Assembly (NCBI GenBank): GCA_963764165.1
Contig: CAVXRD010000001.1
Location: 480,001 to 544,000 of the forward strand
Direction: 5' to 3'
Origin: an uncultured Verrucomicrobiae bacterium
Lineage (GTDB): Bacteria > Verrucomicrobiota > Verrucomicrobiia > Limisphaerales > Palsa-1400
Length of the DNA stretch: 64,000 nucleotides
The notes under the pieces were generated by a model. It worked only from the letters and a program-made list of their open reading frames with translations. It did not search any database and was not told the origin of the DNA. The translations under genes were made by a program, and so were the position numbers. This document shows positions 10,734-19,515 of this stretch, piece after piece. The first letter of the stretch is position 1. Every line of letters starts with the position of its first letter.

Positions 10734-13217
10734 TTAAGGTTGGATCTTCCAATTCACGGGACGGGTGCTGCCGTCGTTGTAATAGGCGCCCCCGTTCGTC
10801 ATCAGGAAACCAGCTCGTGTCACATAATTTGCCGGGATGGGATTCGGCGGCGCGTTGCTCCAGCCCTGGCCGCTTTTCCATGCGGCGGCGTAAGCGGCGA
10901 ATTCGCCCGCCGTGATGGTCCACGCCTGGTTGGTGTCCGCCGGATGAAACACATTGGTGGTCAATTCGTAGCAGCCCATGTCTACTGAGGCGTTGGCTAG
11001 CCGAGGATTGCCGTCAAGGTCGTTCGCGGGCAATGAGGGGGCATTTGCGGTTCCGGCGCCCCAGCAAAGCGATGTGCTCGGAAAATGGAAATCTCCGGCC
11101 ACTGGATTGAAGAATTGGGGTGAGACATCCACATTGCTCTGAGCGATGGTCCAAACCCCATACGAACTGTCGTAGTCGTTGCATTCCAGTTCGCTGGGCG
11201 AGCCGCCGCCTGTGAGATAAACGTCAGACCCCGCCCCGCTGGCGGACGAATTGCCCCAGATGATGTTATTGAAAACGTAAAACGCCTGCGTGCCGCTAGT
11301 TTGGGTGTTCTGGATGGCGAGCCCGCCGCCGCCGCCGGCGGAGGTGTTGCCGAAGAGGGTGTTGTTGATCACGTAAATCATGGACGACGCTAAGGAAGGC
11401 GCCACATAAATACCGCCTCCTTCGTAACTGGCGCCCGACTGACTATTGTTGACGATCAAGTTATCGGTGATGGTGGCATCGTCGGTATTCGCGTAAATCG
11501 CGCCCCCTCCGTAAGCGGATGAATTCCGTTGAAATGTGTTGCCGATAATGGTTGGCTCTCCCTCATCGACACAAATAGCCCCCCCCGAACCGCCGCAAGT
11601 ATTCCCTGTAAATCTATTGGCGGTGACCAGCAGCGCAGGAACGCCGTAAGCGTAAATGGCCCCGCCTTGGTTATTGCATTGATTTGCGTCAAACGAATTG
11701 TTGGAAATCGTCAACGTCGAGCCAGCCACCTCCAGCGCGCCATGATAAACGCTTGTGTTGCCCGTGAAAGTGTTCCCGCTCACAAGGCCATAATCTGCGC
11801 TAAGCTCTGCCGCACCCGGCGGGGCATAGGATGTGTTCCAAGTCGAATTGTCGAGAAAGGCATTATTTGTCACAAACAATGTCGAGGCGGATGCGCTCAA
11901 TCCGCCACCGTAAATCGAGCTGTTTTCATAAAAAGTGTTGCCCGTTATAACGGCCGTGCCTTGATAGCCCGTCGAGACAGCCGCGCCCCCAGAGTAAGTG
12001 TTCGAGGTAAACAAGTTGCTGATGAGATTGAGCGCAGCGCTGGCGGAGAGATTCGCCCCTTCAGCGTTGGCTGTCAAGACATTATTCATCACGCTAATGA
12101 AACTGGGGCCATTGGCATAGATGCCATAATCGGCATTACTCTGGGCGATCACATTCGATACGGTCAAAATCGCACTGGCGACAACGGCTAAACCGTGCCC
12201 GTAGTTCCCTGAGAAAGTTGAGTTCTCAATGACATTGGTTCCAGTCACTCCGGTGATATAAATTCCGGTTCCATCGTTGCCATTGGGTTGCTTGCCAATG
12301 GCCGTGCAGTTGGAAATCACCGTGTATAACCCCGAGGTGATTTCCAACCCCATCCCTTCGCTATTTGAGAGGACAAGGAATTGGCAGTTGGTCACAGTGA
12401 TCGTTCCGCCGCTGCTGGCGCCGATGCGCAAGGCGCCGATTTGGCTGTTTCCACAATTACGCACGAAGGTCATGCCGGAAACGGTCACGTCGCCCGAGCT
12501 TCCAGTGCAGGTGATATTGAGGTCGCGTCCCCCGGCCGCCCCATCGAGCGTAATGGCGGGATTGGTCACACTCGGCTCCGGCATCAGCGTCAAACTGGTA
12601 TTGGCGGCGCTGTTGTAGTTGAAATTGCCCGTATAATACCCGTTGGCCAGATAAATGGTGTTATTCGCTCCGTTGTTGGCCGCTTCTGTCAGCGCGTTCT
12701 GCAAGTCCTGGGCGGTGACGACGTGAATACCGGTGGACGCCTGCCACGACCCAGAATCGTCATCGTCAATTTGCCCATACACTTCCGTCCAGAACCGATT
12801 GATATGCCCGCTCCCTACAGCAGCGTCCTCGCCTAGCTCGATTACGTAATCGGTTCCTCCGTTGTTGGGCGTGTCGGTGGCTTGCACTAACATGGAGGTG
12901 ATCTGCTGAGAATTCCAGGTGAATTGGCCCGAATAAGTTGCCCACCCGTAGAACGCATCATCGCCAATCTCGGCCGAAGGATAGCTGAGCGTCCCGTTGA
13001 TGGGAGTGGTAACCTGGATGGATATGATGTCCGCGGCTGATCCACCGCCTAGAGGGGAGACTGGCGCATCGAGAATGATTTTGCCGGAGAATCCAGGCTT
13101 GCCGCCGACCCAGTCATATTCGTAGTTGCCGCCCAGCACAGGAAGGGAAGCACCAACCAGCAAAACTCCCATGGTCACTGCATGAGTTTTCCAGCGGGAA
13201 CAGGTCAATGGTTTCAT
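10734..13217 (-). CDS. Secreted right-handed beta-helix protein (Pmp-like GGAI/FxxN repeats, choice-of-anchor-Q-like block) ending in an EF-hand/dockerin-like module
   Basis: Signal peptide; repeated GGAI/GGGI and NxFxxN motifs; DLDGNPR..VDMGCYE; terminal HPADTNQAWTITAGE...PNPIPANYVTRAG. Confidence 0.88.
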   Translation of the reverse strand: MKPLTCSRWKTHAVTMGVLLVGASLPVLGGNYEYDWVGGKPGFSGKIILDAPVSPLGGGSAADIISIQVTTPINGTLSYPSAEIGDDAFYGWATYSGQFTWNSQQITSMLVQATDTPNNGGTDYVIELGEDAAVGSGHINRFWTEVYGQIDDDDSGSWQASTGIHVVTAQDLQNALTEAANNGANNTIYLANGYYTGNFNYNSAANTSLTLMPEPSVTNPAITLDGAAGGRDLNITCTGSSGDVTVSGMTFVRNCGNSQIGALRIGASSGGTITVTNCQFLVLSNSEGMGLEITSGLYTVISNCTAIGKQPNGNDGTGIYITGVTGTNVIENSTFSGNYGHGLAVVASAILTVSNVIAQSNADYGIYANGPSFISVMNNVLTANAEGANLSASAALNLISNLFTSNTYSGGAAVSTGYQGTAVITGNTFYENSSIYGGGLSASASTLFVTNNAFLDNSTWNTSYAPPGAAELSADYGLVSGNTFTGNTSVYHGALEVAGSTLTISNNSFDANQCNNQGGAIYAYGVPALLVTANRFTGNTCGGSGGAICVDEGEPTIIGNTFQRNSSAYGGGAIYANTDDATITDNLIVNNSQSGASYEGGGIYVAPSLASSMIYVINNTLFGNTSAGGGGGLAIQNTQTSGTQAFYVFNNIIWGNSSASGAGSDVYLTGGGSPSELECNDYDSSYGVWTIAQSNVDVSPQFFNPVAGDFHFPSTSLCWGAGTANAPSLPANDLDGNPRLANASVDMGCYELTTNVFHPADTNQAWTITAGEFAAYAAAWKSGQGWSNAPPNPIPANYVTRAGFLMTNGGAYYNDGSTRPVNWKIQP

Positions 13218-13252
13218 AATTCGTTGTTCGTTGAATTTGATCGGTCACTTAC

Positions 13253-13281
13253 TTCTAAAGCGTCAGCTCAACGCAGTTACA
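13253..13281 (-). promoter_or_regulatory. Putative ECF-sigma promoter TGTAAC-N16-TTTAGAA
   Basis: Minus strand TGTAACtgcgttgagctgacgcTTTAGAA, 35 nt before the ATG at 13217; same boxes and spacing upstream of the kinase gene. Confidence 0.65.
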
Positions 13282-13365
13282 ATTTATTTTGAAACCGGTC
13301 ATTTTTCCCGAGCTTTGGAGAGAATCGGGAGACGACGACTGCGGCGGGGCCGTTGACGCCCTCCA

Positions 13366-15084
13366 TCAGGGATGGTTCGATTTTTTGGAAGAAAAGCCGT
13401 CGGCGTTCATGGAAAGGCCCGGCACGTTTGTTAATTGTTTGGACCAATTTTCCTTAACAAAGCCATTGAAAGGCGCCAAGCCTATGTAGGCAGACCATCC
13501 TCCGACAGAATTGTAAATGGCCAATTCCAATTTTCTGGGGACACCTGCGCGAAAGGATATTCGGTTCGTCGGGTAGAAGCCGAAGCCTGATCCTGCCAGA
13601 AATTGATCATCCACGAAGAGGCTGTGCCCGTCGTCGCCCGAAATGACAACATCTATGTCCCTATCCACGCTGGACTCAACCCACGTTGTAAGTATTTGGT
13701 ATCCCGTGTTTCCACCGGGGTCAAAAATGTCAGGCCCCTCATCGCTGATCGGGCTGGTCTGGCCCTTGCATTCGCGTGGCGAAGTATAACCGCGGAACAC
13801 TGCTCCCGCGTATTCACCGGGCGAAGTTGGAAAGTAGCTTGTGCCTTTTGGCTGTCTTTCAATCAGTTCCGAGTATCGCCATGCGCCAACGGGTGAAGAG
13901 GTAAAGAACGCGTTCTGCGGCGGTCGATGATGCGCCTCATAGGCCCATAATGGAATCAGAACGGCCAGAACCACCGCCAACACCAGCGCGGCATCCACCA
14001 AACGCCGACGATGCCGCGAGACCGCTCGTGAATACATATACCAGACGCTTGCCTGGGCGGCCTTCACCGGCCTGGAAGTCAGAAATCGATCCAAGTCATC
14101 AGCCAGGTCGGCGGCGCTTTGGTAACGCTGGCTGCGATCCTTGTAGAGCGATTTCAGCACAACGCGATCCAAATCGCCACGGAGAGATGGCACCCGGCTG
14201 GATGGGCGCGAGGGCTCTTTCTCGCGAATCGTGCGAAGGATTTCATCGAGCGCAGCTTGCCGAAGTTCGCCCGCATCGAACGGCGGTGCGCCAGTCAGCA
14301 ATTCATAGAGCAGAATTCCCAGCGAATAAACATCGCTCCGCCCGTCCACCTCGCGGAGGCCCAACCCGGCTTGCTCCGGGCTCATGTAGGCGGGCGTGCC
14401 AAGGAATTGCTCGAAGGCGGTGAAATACGTCTTGTCCGTCAAGGGCTGGTCGGACACAGCCTTGGCAATGCCAAAATCAATGATTTTCGGGGTGGCGCCT
14501 TGCTCGTTGGACGAAACGAGAATATTGGACGGCTTCAAATCCCGATGAACGATGCCTTTTTGATGGGCGTGCTGGACAGCCGCGCACACTTGCATGAAAA
14601 GAGCGATCCGTTGGCGCACGTCGAGCTTCTGCGTGTCGCAATAACTGGTGATCTTCTGGCCTTGCACCCATTCCATGACGAAGTAAGGACGCCCGGAGTC
14701 CGTCGCGCCGGCATCAAAAACCTTGGCGATGCCCGGATGGTCCATGCGCGCCAGCGCCTGTTTCTCGGCCGCGAATCGAGCCACCACGGCTTTGGTATCC
14801 ATTCCCAATTTGATGATCTTCAGAGCCACGTTTCGCCGAATAGGCTCCCGCTGGCTTGCCAGATAAACTGTTCCGCAGCCGCCTTCGCCCAATTTCCCGA
14901 GCAATTGATAGGGACCGATCCAGCCGCCGATTTCTTCCGCCACTGCGGCTGGCTGGGAAGGCGGAACCGGCTGTTCAGAATCAAGCTCCAGCGCAAATTC
15001 CAACAGGCAATGCAGGCAATGCCCGCGAGGTGCTCCCGGAGACACGCCTCTGCCGCAACGAGTGCATTTCTGGACATCGGCCAT
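13366..15084 (-). CDS. Membrane Ser/Thr protein kinase (Hanks type) with N-terminal CxxC..CxxC and C-terminal PA14-like extracytoplasmic domain
   Basis: LGEGGCGTVY, VALK, HRDLKPSN, DFG, GTPAYMSPE, SDVYSLG; one TM helix (AALVLAVVLAVLIPLW); GDDGHSLFVDD. Confidence 0.95.
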   Translation of the reverse strand: MADVQKCTRCGRGVSPGAPRGHCLHCLLEFALELDSEQPVPPSQPAAVAEEIGGWIGPYQLLGKLGEGGCGTVYLASQREPIRRNVALKIIKLGMDTKAVVARFAAEKQALARMDHPGIAKVFDAGATDSGRPYFVMEWVQGQKITSYCDTQKLDVRQRIALFMQVCAAVQHAHQKGIVHRDLKPSNILVSSNEQGATPKIIDFGIAKAVSDQPLTDKTYFTAFEQFLGTPAYMSPEQAGLGLREVDGRSDVYSLGILLYELLTGAPPFDAGELRQAALDEILRTIREKEPSRPSSRVPSLRGDLDRVVLKSLYKDRSQRYQSAADLADDLDRFLTSRPVKAAQASVWYMYSRAVSRHRRRLVDAALVLAVVLAVLIPLWAYEAHHRPPQNAFFTSSPVGAWRYSELIERQPKGTSYFPTSPGEYAGAVFRGYTSPRECKGQTSPISDEGPDIFDPGGNTGYQILTTWVESSVDRDIDVVISGDDGHSLFVDDQFLAGSGFGFYPTNRISFRAGVPRKLELAIYNSVGGWSAYIGLAPFNGFVKENWSKQLTNVPGLSMNADGFSSKKSNHP

Positions 15085-15092
15085 ATGAATTG

Positions 15093-15121
15093 TTCTAAAC
15101 CAACAAACCAGCGTGGTTACA
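15093..15121 (-). promoter_or_regulatory. Putative ECF-sigma promoter TGTAAC-N16-TTTAGAA
   Basis: Minus strand TGTAACcacgctggtttgttggTTTAGAA, ending 8 nt before the kinase ATG. Confidence 0.65.
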
Positions 15122-15151
15122 AAAAAACTGGCTCCGCCGATGCGCTCAGCG

Positions 15152-15913
15152 CTAGTCGGAAATCGAGGCGAAGAGATGGCGCACTTCGTCGTCCACCTCG
15201 GCCCGCGTCACCACGGTTTGAGCGACTTCCGTTCTCAATATTTCTCCAAACCGGCGGCGCAGACGATGCAAAGCGACCTTGACGTTTCCGGCGCTCATGC
15301 CGAGCGCGGAGGCGGCGTGAGCGCTCTTCTCCGCGGTCAGTTCCTGGGTCAACCACGGCTCAAGGGCTGCAAAAAGTTTCTGTTTCCCGGATTCTTCATA
15401 TTCGGCCTTCAATTGAGCCATGACCCGCTCCACTAGGACGATGGCCCAGCCGCAGTCAAATTGCGCCTCCGGCGTCATTCCCTCCGCGGTTTCCCGCGCG
15501 AAGACGGCTTCCGCGTCGTCCAGCGAGATAATTTCGCATTGACCGCCGCGTTTGAGCCTCTGGTGCCGTGCATGCTCATTATTGAGAAAATTTGCCAGTG
15601 CCGCCAAAAGGAAGGTCCTGAATTTGCCCTTTTGCTTTTCCGCTTTTTTGATGCCGTCATACTCGAGGAAACTGGAGAAAAAGCCTTGGGTCAAATCCTC
15701 GGCATCGTGCGGAGAAGCTCCGCGCCGTCGGATAAACGCGTAGACAGGCCTCCAATAAATCCTGCACAGGTGCTCCAAAGCTCGCCCCGCCTCTTGCGCG
15801 TCGCCGGAACGGACGGTCAGAACTACGGTCCAGAGGGTGGTAGAGAAGGCTGGGCCATGCTCGGTTAAGGGCTTTCTGGCTTCGGGCAATGTAGGTTCTC
15901 CCCACTGTTTCAT
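15152..15913 (-). CDS. ECF-type RNA polymerase sigma-70 factor
   Basis: YWRPVYAFIRRRG..DAEDLTQGFF (region 2), GKFRTFLL, LGMSAGNVKVALHRLRRR (region 4). Confidence 0.93.
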   Translation of the reverse strand: MKQWGEPTLPEARKPLTEHGPAFSTTLWTVVLTVRSGDAQEAGRALEHLCRIYWRPVYAFIRRRGASPHDAEDLTQGFFSSFLEYDGIKKAEKQKGKFRTFLLAALANFLNNEHARHQRLKRGGQCEIISLDDAEAVFARETAEGMTPEAQFDCGWAIVLVERVMAQLKAEYEESGKQKLFAALEPWLTQELTAEKSAHAASALGMSAGNVKVALHRLRRRFGEILRTEVAQTVVTRAEVDDEVRHLFASISD

Positions 15914-16090
15914 TCCGTGCGCGCAATTTTACCGCGCTACGGGACGATGTAAACAGAATATCAAGGCAAATGGGATCATTCGCGCTTTTTTCGGCAGTTC
16001 CAGGGTTTCAAATTAAATTTCTCTGCCTTTTGAAATCTGGTTTGAGCATATTTCGCGGATGCTGCTAGGGTTGCAATATGCTCGCGCCAA

Positions 16091-17188
16091 ATGAATAAGC
16101 GATTTCGCATCGTGTGGACTTTGTCCGCGGGATGGCTGCTCGCGGTCGCAGCAGACGCCGCTCAGATTCATTTTGATTTCACCAAAACTCCGCCGGGGCA
16201 GACACCGGCTGGTTTTTTCAGCCTCGCGACCGGTCATGCTGCGGCTTCGATTTGGCGGGTGCGCGAAGACGCGGTGCCGCCAACCATTGCGCCGTTGACG
16301 GAGAAAGCGCGCGAAGAAACCGCCACGCAATCCGTTCTCGCGCCGGCGGCCGGAAGCTCGGGCCCGGGAGACTTTTCCGTCCTCCTCTACACCAACGAGG
16401 TGTTTTCTGAATTCGTATTGACGGCGCGGATGAAAATCTCCAGCGGCGAGGCGGGCGTGGTGCTGCGGGCGCAGGATGCGAATAATTATTATGTCGTACG
16501 CGCCAGCACGGAGGGAAATTTGCTTTGGTATCGGGTCGTCGGCGGGAAGGCTTATGACATGCTTGGCGTGGGTGTGCGGCTGCCGTTTCCGCCAGACGTG
16601 TGGCAGGAATTAAAGGTGGAATGCGCCGGGAATCAAACGCGCTGTTATCTGAATGGCAAACTGGTTATTCCTCCGGCCAAGGCCGGCGCGCCGACCAACG
16701 ACCTTGCTGTCAATGATACAACGTTCGCGCGCGGGAAAATCGGTTTCTGGCGGCGCGGCGATGCGAAGTGCGCCTTCGCCGGCGCGCGCGTGCAATACAT
16801 GCCTAAAGTCCCCTTTGCCGAGACGGTGGTGGCGGACATCAGGGAGAAATATCCGCGCCTGCTTGGCCTGAAAATTTACGCCAACAAGGAATCGAACGCG
16901 CCCGTCATCATCGCCGATTTGCATGGCGAAGGGGTTGGGAGCGCGGGCGCAAAATACGAGGAGGATGTGATCCAAAAAGGCGTGATGTATTATCTGCCGG
17001 ATGGCAAAGCGGTGGAAGTGACAATGCCGCTGCGGGATCGCAATGGAGAGGTCGCCGCCGCATTGAAAACGCGCATGACCACTTTCCCCGGCGAGTCGAG
17101 GGACAACGCCATCGCCCGAGCCACGGTGATCCGAAAAGCTATTGAGCAGCGCATGAAGACGCTGCAAGATAGCTTGATGGAGCAATGA
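16091..17188 (+). CDS. Exported protein with a DUF1080-like/ConA beta-sandwich and a C-terminal PDC/Cache-like domain
   Basis: Signal peptide; AGVVLRAQDANNYY..WQELKVEC.G..CYLNG..GKIG; tail EVTMPLRDRNGEVAAAL. Confidence 0.7.
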   Translation: MNKRFRIVWTLSAGWLLAVAADAAQIHFDFTKTPPGQTPAGFFSLATGHAAASIWRVREDAVPPTIAPLTEKAREETATQSVLAPAAGSSGPGDFSVLLYTNEVFSEFVLTARMKISSGEAGVVLRAQDANNYYVVRASTEGNLLWYRVVGGKAYDMLGVGVRLPFPPDVWQELKVECAGNQTRCYLNGKLVIPPAKAGAPTNDLAVNDTTFARGKIGFWRRGDAKCAFAGARVQYMPKVPFAETVVADIREKYPRLLGLKIYANKESNAPVIIADLHGEGVGSAGAKYEEDVIQKGVMYYLPDGKAVEVTMPLRDRNGEVAAALKTRMTTFPGESRDNAIARATVIRKAIEQRMKTLQDSLMEQ

Positions 17189-17200
17189 AGAGGGGAAATA

Positions 17201-17531
17201 TTTAATCAGGAACGGCCGAACTCAGGAAAGAGGCTGAAGGTGATTTCATGCGGATTCATTATTCGCGGCCATTCGACTGAAGCACTGTCAAACTGATGCG
17301 GCAGGGTGAGGCTCCCGCCAAGCCTCTTCGGAAATAGGGATGGCTCGGCGGGAGGCCCCAACCAAATGATTTGGTGAGAAGCGCCAATGAATCAAAGATG
17401 AAATGCGGGTCGCGTGTCGCGCTCGGCGCCCTCGCCGAGCGCTTCCCCGGACAGTTCATTGGCAGCCTCGCCCCGCCAAGTTCAGCGGAATTTGCGGCCT
17501 CTTTTCCTGAGTTCGGTCGTTCCTGATTAAA
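17201..17531. mobile_element. MITE-like element with 29-bp terminal inverted repeats and a nested REP hairpin
   Basis: TTTAATCAGGAACGGCCGAACTCAGGAAA (17201-17229) versus its reverse complement at 17503-17531 (28/29); a third end at 48259-48287; nested GAGGCTCCCGCCAAGCC...GGCTCGGCGGGAGGCC within 17300-17363. Confidence 0.7.
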
Positions 17532-17544
17532 AAAATTTCCGATT

Positions 17545-18216
17545 TCAGCGTGTGGGAGCACCCTCGCTCAATCGCGTGTGAATTATTTCCAGGATTTTCG
17601 CGCAGGTTTGATCGGAGGTGAGGCCGGAATTATTAATGACAACAGCGCCGAGCGCAATCATCAGCGGCGCTTCGGCGCGCTGGCTGTCGCGCTGGTCGCG
17701 GGCGGCCAGATTTTCGTTCAGCCCCTCGGCGGCGCGGCGTTTGGACCGCTCATCAAGGTGCGCGTCGAGGTAAAATTTGAAATCCGTCTCGGGAAAAACA
17801 TTCGTGCCAATGTCGCGGCCTTCCATCACCAGATTCCCGAAAGCGATGCACTCGCGCTGTTTCTCCTTCATCCATTTCCGAACCGCCGGCACGGCGGCGG
17901 CATGCGAAACGGCTTCGCTCACCGCGCCTGTGCGAATTTCCTTTTCTGGAAAATATCCGTCCACCAAAAGCCGGACTTTTCCGTCGATGCAATCGAGCTT
18001 CGTCTTCCAATGGCGGCAAACGGCGGCAACGGCTTTGGGATCATGGACATCTGTTTTTTTCTGCAAGCAATGCCAGGCCAGCGTGCGGTACATCGCGCCT
18101 GTATCCACGTAAACGTAGCCGAGCGCCTTGGCCACCATGCGCGCATTGGTGCTTTTGCCGCTGGCGCTGGTGCCGTCGATGGCGATGATGATGGGCGAGG
18201 GTTTGGAATGGCTCAT
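17545..18216 (-). CDS. cmk: Cytidylate kinase
   Basis: IAIDGTSASGKST, VDTGAMYR, VMEGRDIGT; follows aroA. Confidence 0.96.
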   Translation of the reverse strand: MSHSKPSPIIIAIDGTSASGKSTNARMVAKALGYVYVDTGAMYRTLAWHCLQKKTDVHDPKAVAAVCRHWKTKLDCIDGKVRLLVDGYFPEKEIRTGAVSEAVSHAAAVPAVRKWMKEKQRECIAFGNLVMEGRDIGTNVFPETDFKFYLDAHLDERSKRRAAEGLNENLAARDQRDSQRAEAPLMIALGAVVINNSGLTSDQTCAKILEIIHTRLSEGAPTR

Positions 18217-18221
18217 GCCGC

Positions 18222-19505
18222 TTAATCCGCAAAAAGGTCTTCACCGCTCAGAATCCGGCCTGAGCGCGGGTCAAGAATCGTCGCGCCCAGCCCCGATGGA
18301 GCTGGCGCCGCGAGCTTCTGGAAAAAATTTGGGAATGTCTTTTTCACGCAGGACGGATTTTTGATGCGGATGCCTTCCGTTTTCAATCCAACGGTGGCGA
18401 AACACATCGCCATCCGATGATCGTTGTAGGTTTCGATCTCCGCGCCGCGCATCTTTCCCGCTGCCGGAAAAACAGTCAAGTCATCCTTCTCCTCAATCAC
18501 CATCGCGCCGCATTTGGTGAGCTCGGCTTTGAGGGCGGCGACACGCTCGCATTCCTGCACACGCAGACTTTGGAGGTCGCGGAACTTTGCCGGGGCATTG
18601 CCGAAAGGTGCCACCGCGATGGCCGTCATGATGCTGTCGCCCAATTCGCGGCGTCGCGAAACTTCCGCGGGCAGCGGGAGAAACTTCGGAAAGGCCGCGT
18701 CAATCTGCCAGTCCGAGTTCGGGAACGCCGCCACTTCAATGCGCTCGCCGTTCTTGCGCGGCATCAGCCAATTCGCCGCGTAAAAATAACTGGCGCTCGA
18801 AGCATCCGGCTCAATTTGAAATTCACCGCCGTTCTTCGGAAATGCGGAGATAAGCTGCCGCGTCATCGCCACGTAGGGCGCTTCCTCCTCCGATTCGCCG
18901 TCCAGTTCAATTTTCCATTTCCCCTGGCTTGCGCACAGGAGAAGGGCCGAGGCAAATTGCGAGCTTTCCGAAATATCCACATGGCAGCTTCCCGCTTTTG
19001 GCCCCGCGCCGTGAATGTCCGCCGGCAACCGGTCATTCGGGGAATCAATGCGATAGCCAAGCGTGCGCAAGGCGGCGAAGAGCGCGGCTTGCGGGCGCTC
19101 GTGCATCCGCGCCGTGCCGTGCAGCCGAAAAACGCCGCGGCCCAAACACACGAAAGCCGCCAGAAACCGCGCGGCGGTCCCGGCATTGCCGACGAAGAGC
19201 GAAAGCGGATGATCGACGGCGCCGCCATTCAATTCGCGGACGCCCAACCCTGTCAAACGAATGGTGCGATTGCAAAATTCGTTCGTGTCCGCCTCCAATT
19301 CAATTGACAGCCCCAGCTCCCGCAGCGCCGCCGTCATGATTTGCGTGTCCTCGCTCCAGAGCGCGCCGCGCAAGGTCACGGCTCCATTGGCGAGCGCCGC
19401 GAGGATGAGGGCCCGATTGGTGATGCTCTTTGAGCCAGGCACCGTGACGACTGCCGATACTGGCGCAGCCAGCGGCACGATCTCAATGATCTCGGGCAAT
19501 GGCAT
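18222..19505 (-). CDS. aroA: 3-phosphoshikimate 1-carboxyvinyltransferase (EPSP synthase)
   Basis: PGSKSITNR, GNAGTAARF, SSQFAS, RVQECER, DHRMAM, KTFP. Confidence 0.96.
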   Translation of the reverse strand: MPLPEIIEIVPLAAPVSAVVTVPGSKSITNRALILAALANGAVTLRGALWSEDTQIMTAALRELGLSIELEADTNEFCNRTIRLTGLGVRELNGGAVDHPLSLFVGNAGTAARFLAAFVCLGRGVFRLHGTARMHERPQAALFAALRTLGYRIDSPNDRLPADIHGAGPKAGSCHVDISESSQFASALLLCASQGKWKIELDGESEEEAPYVAMTRQLISAFPKNGGEFQIEPDASSASYFYAANWLMPRKNGERIEVAAFPNSDWQIDAAFPKFLPLPAEVSRRRELGDSIMTAIAVAPFGNAPAKFRDLQSLRVQECERVAALKAELTKCGAMVIEEKDDLTVFPAAGKMRGAEIETYNDHRMAMCFATVGLKTEGIRIKNPSCVKKTFPNFFQKLAAPAPSGLGATILDPRSGRILSGEDLFAD

Positions 19506-19515
19506 GGCGCGCGGA

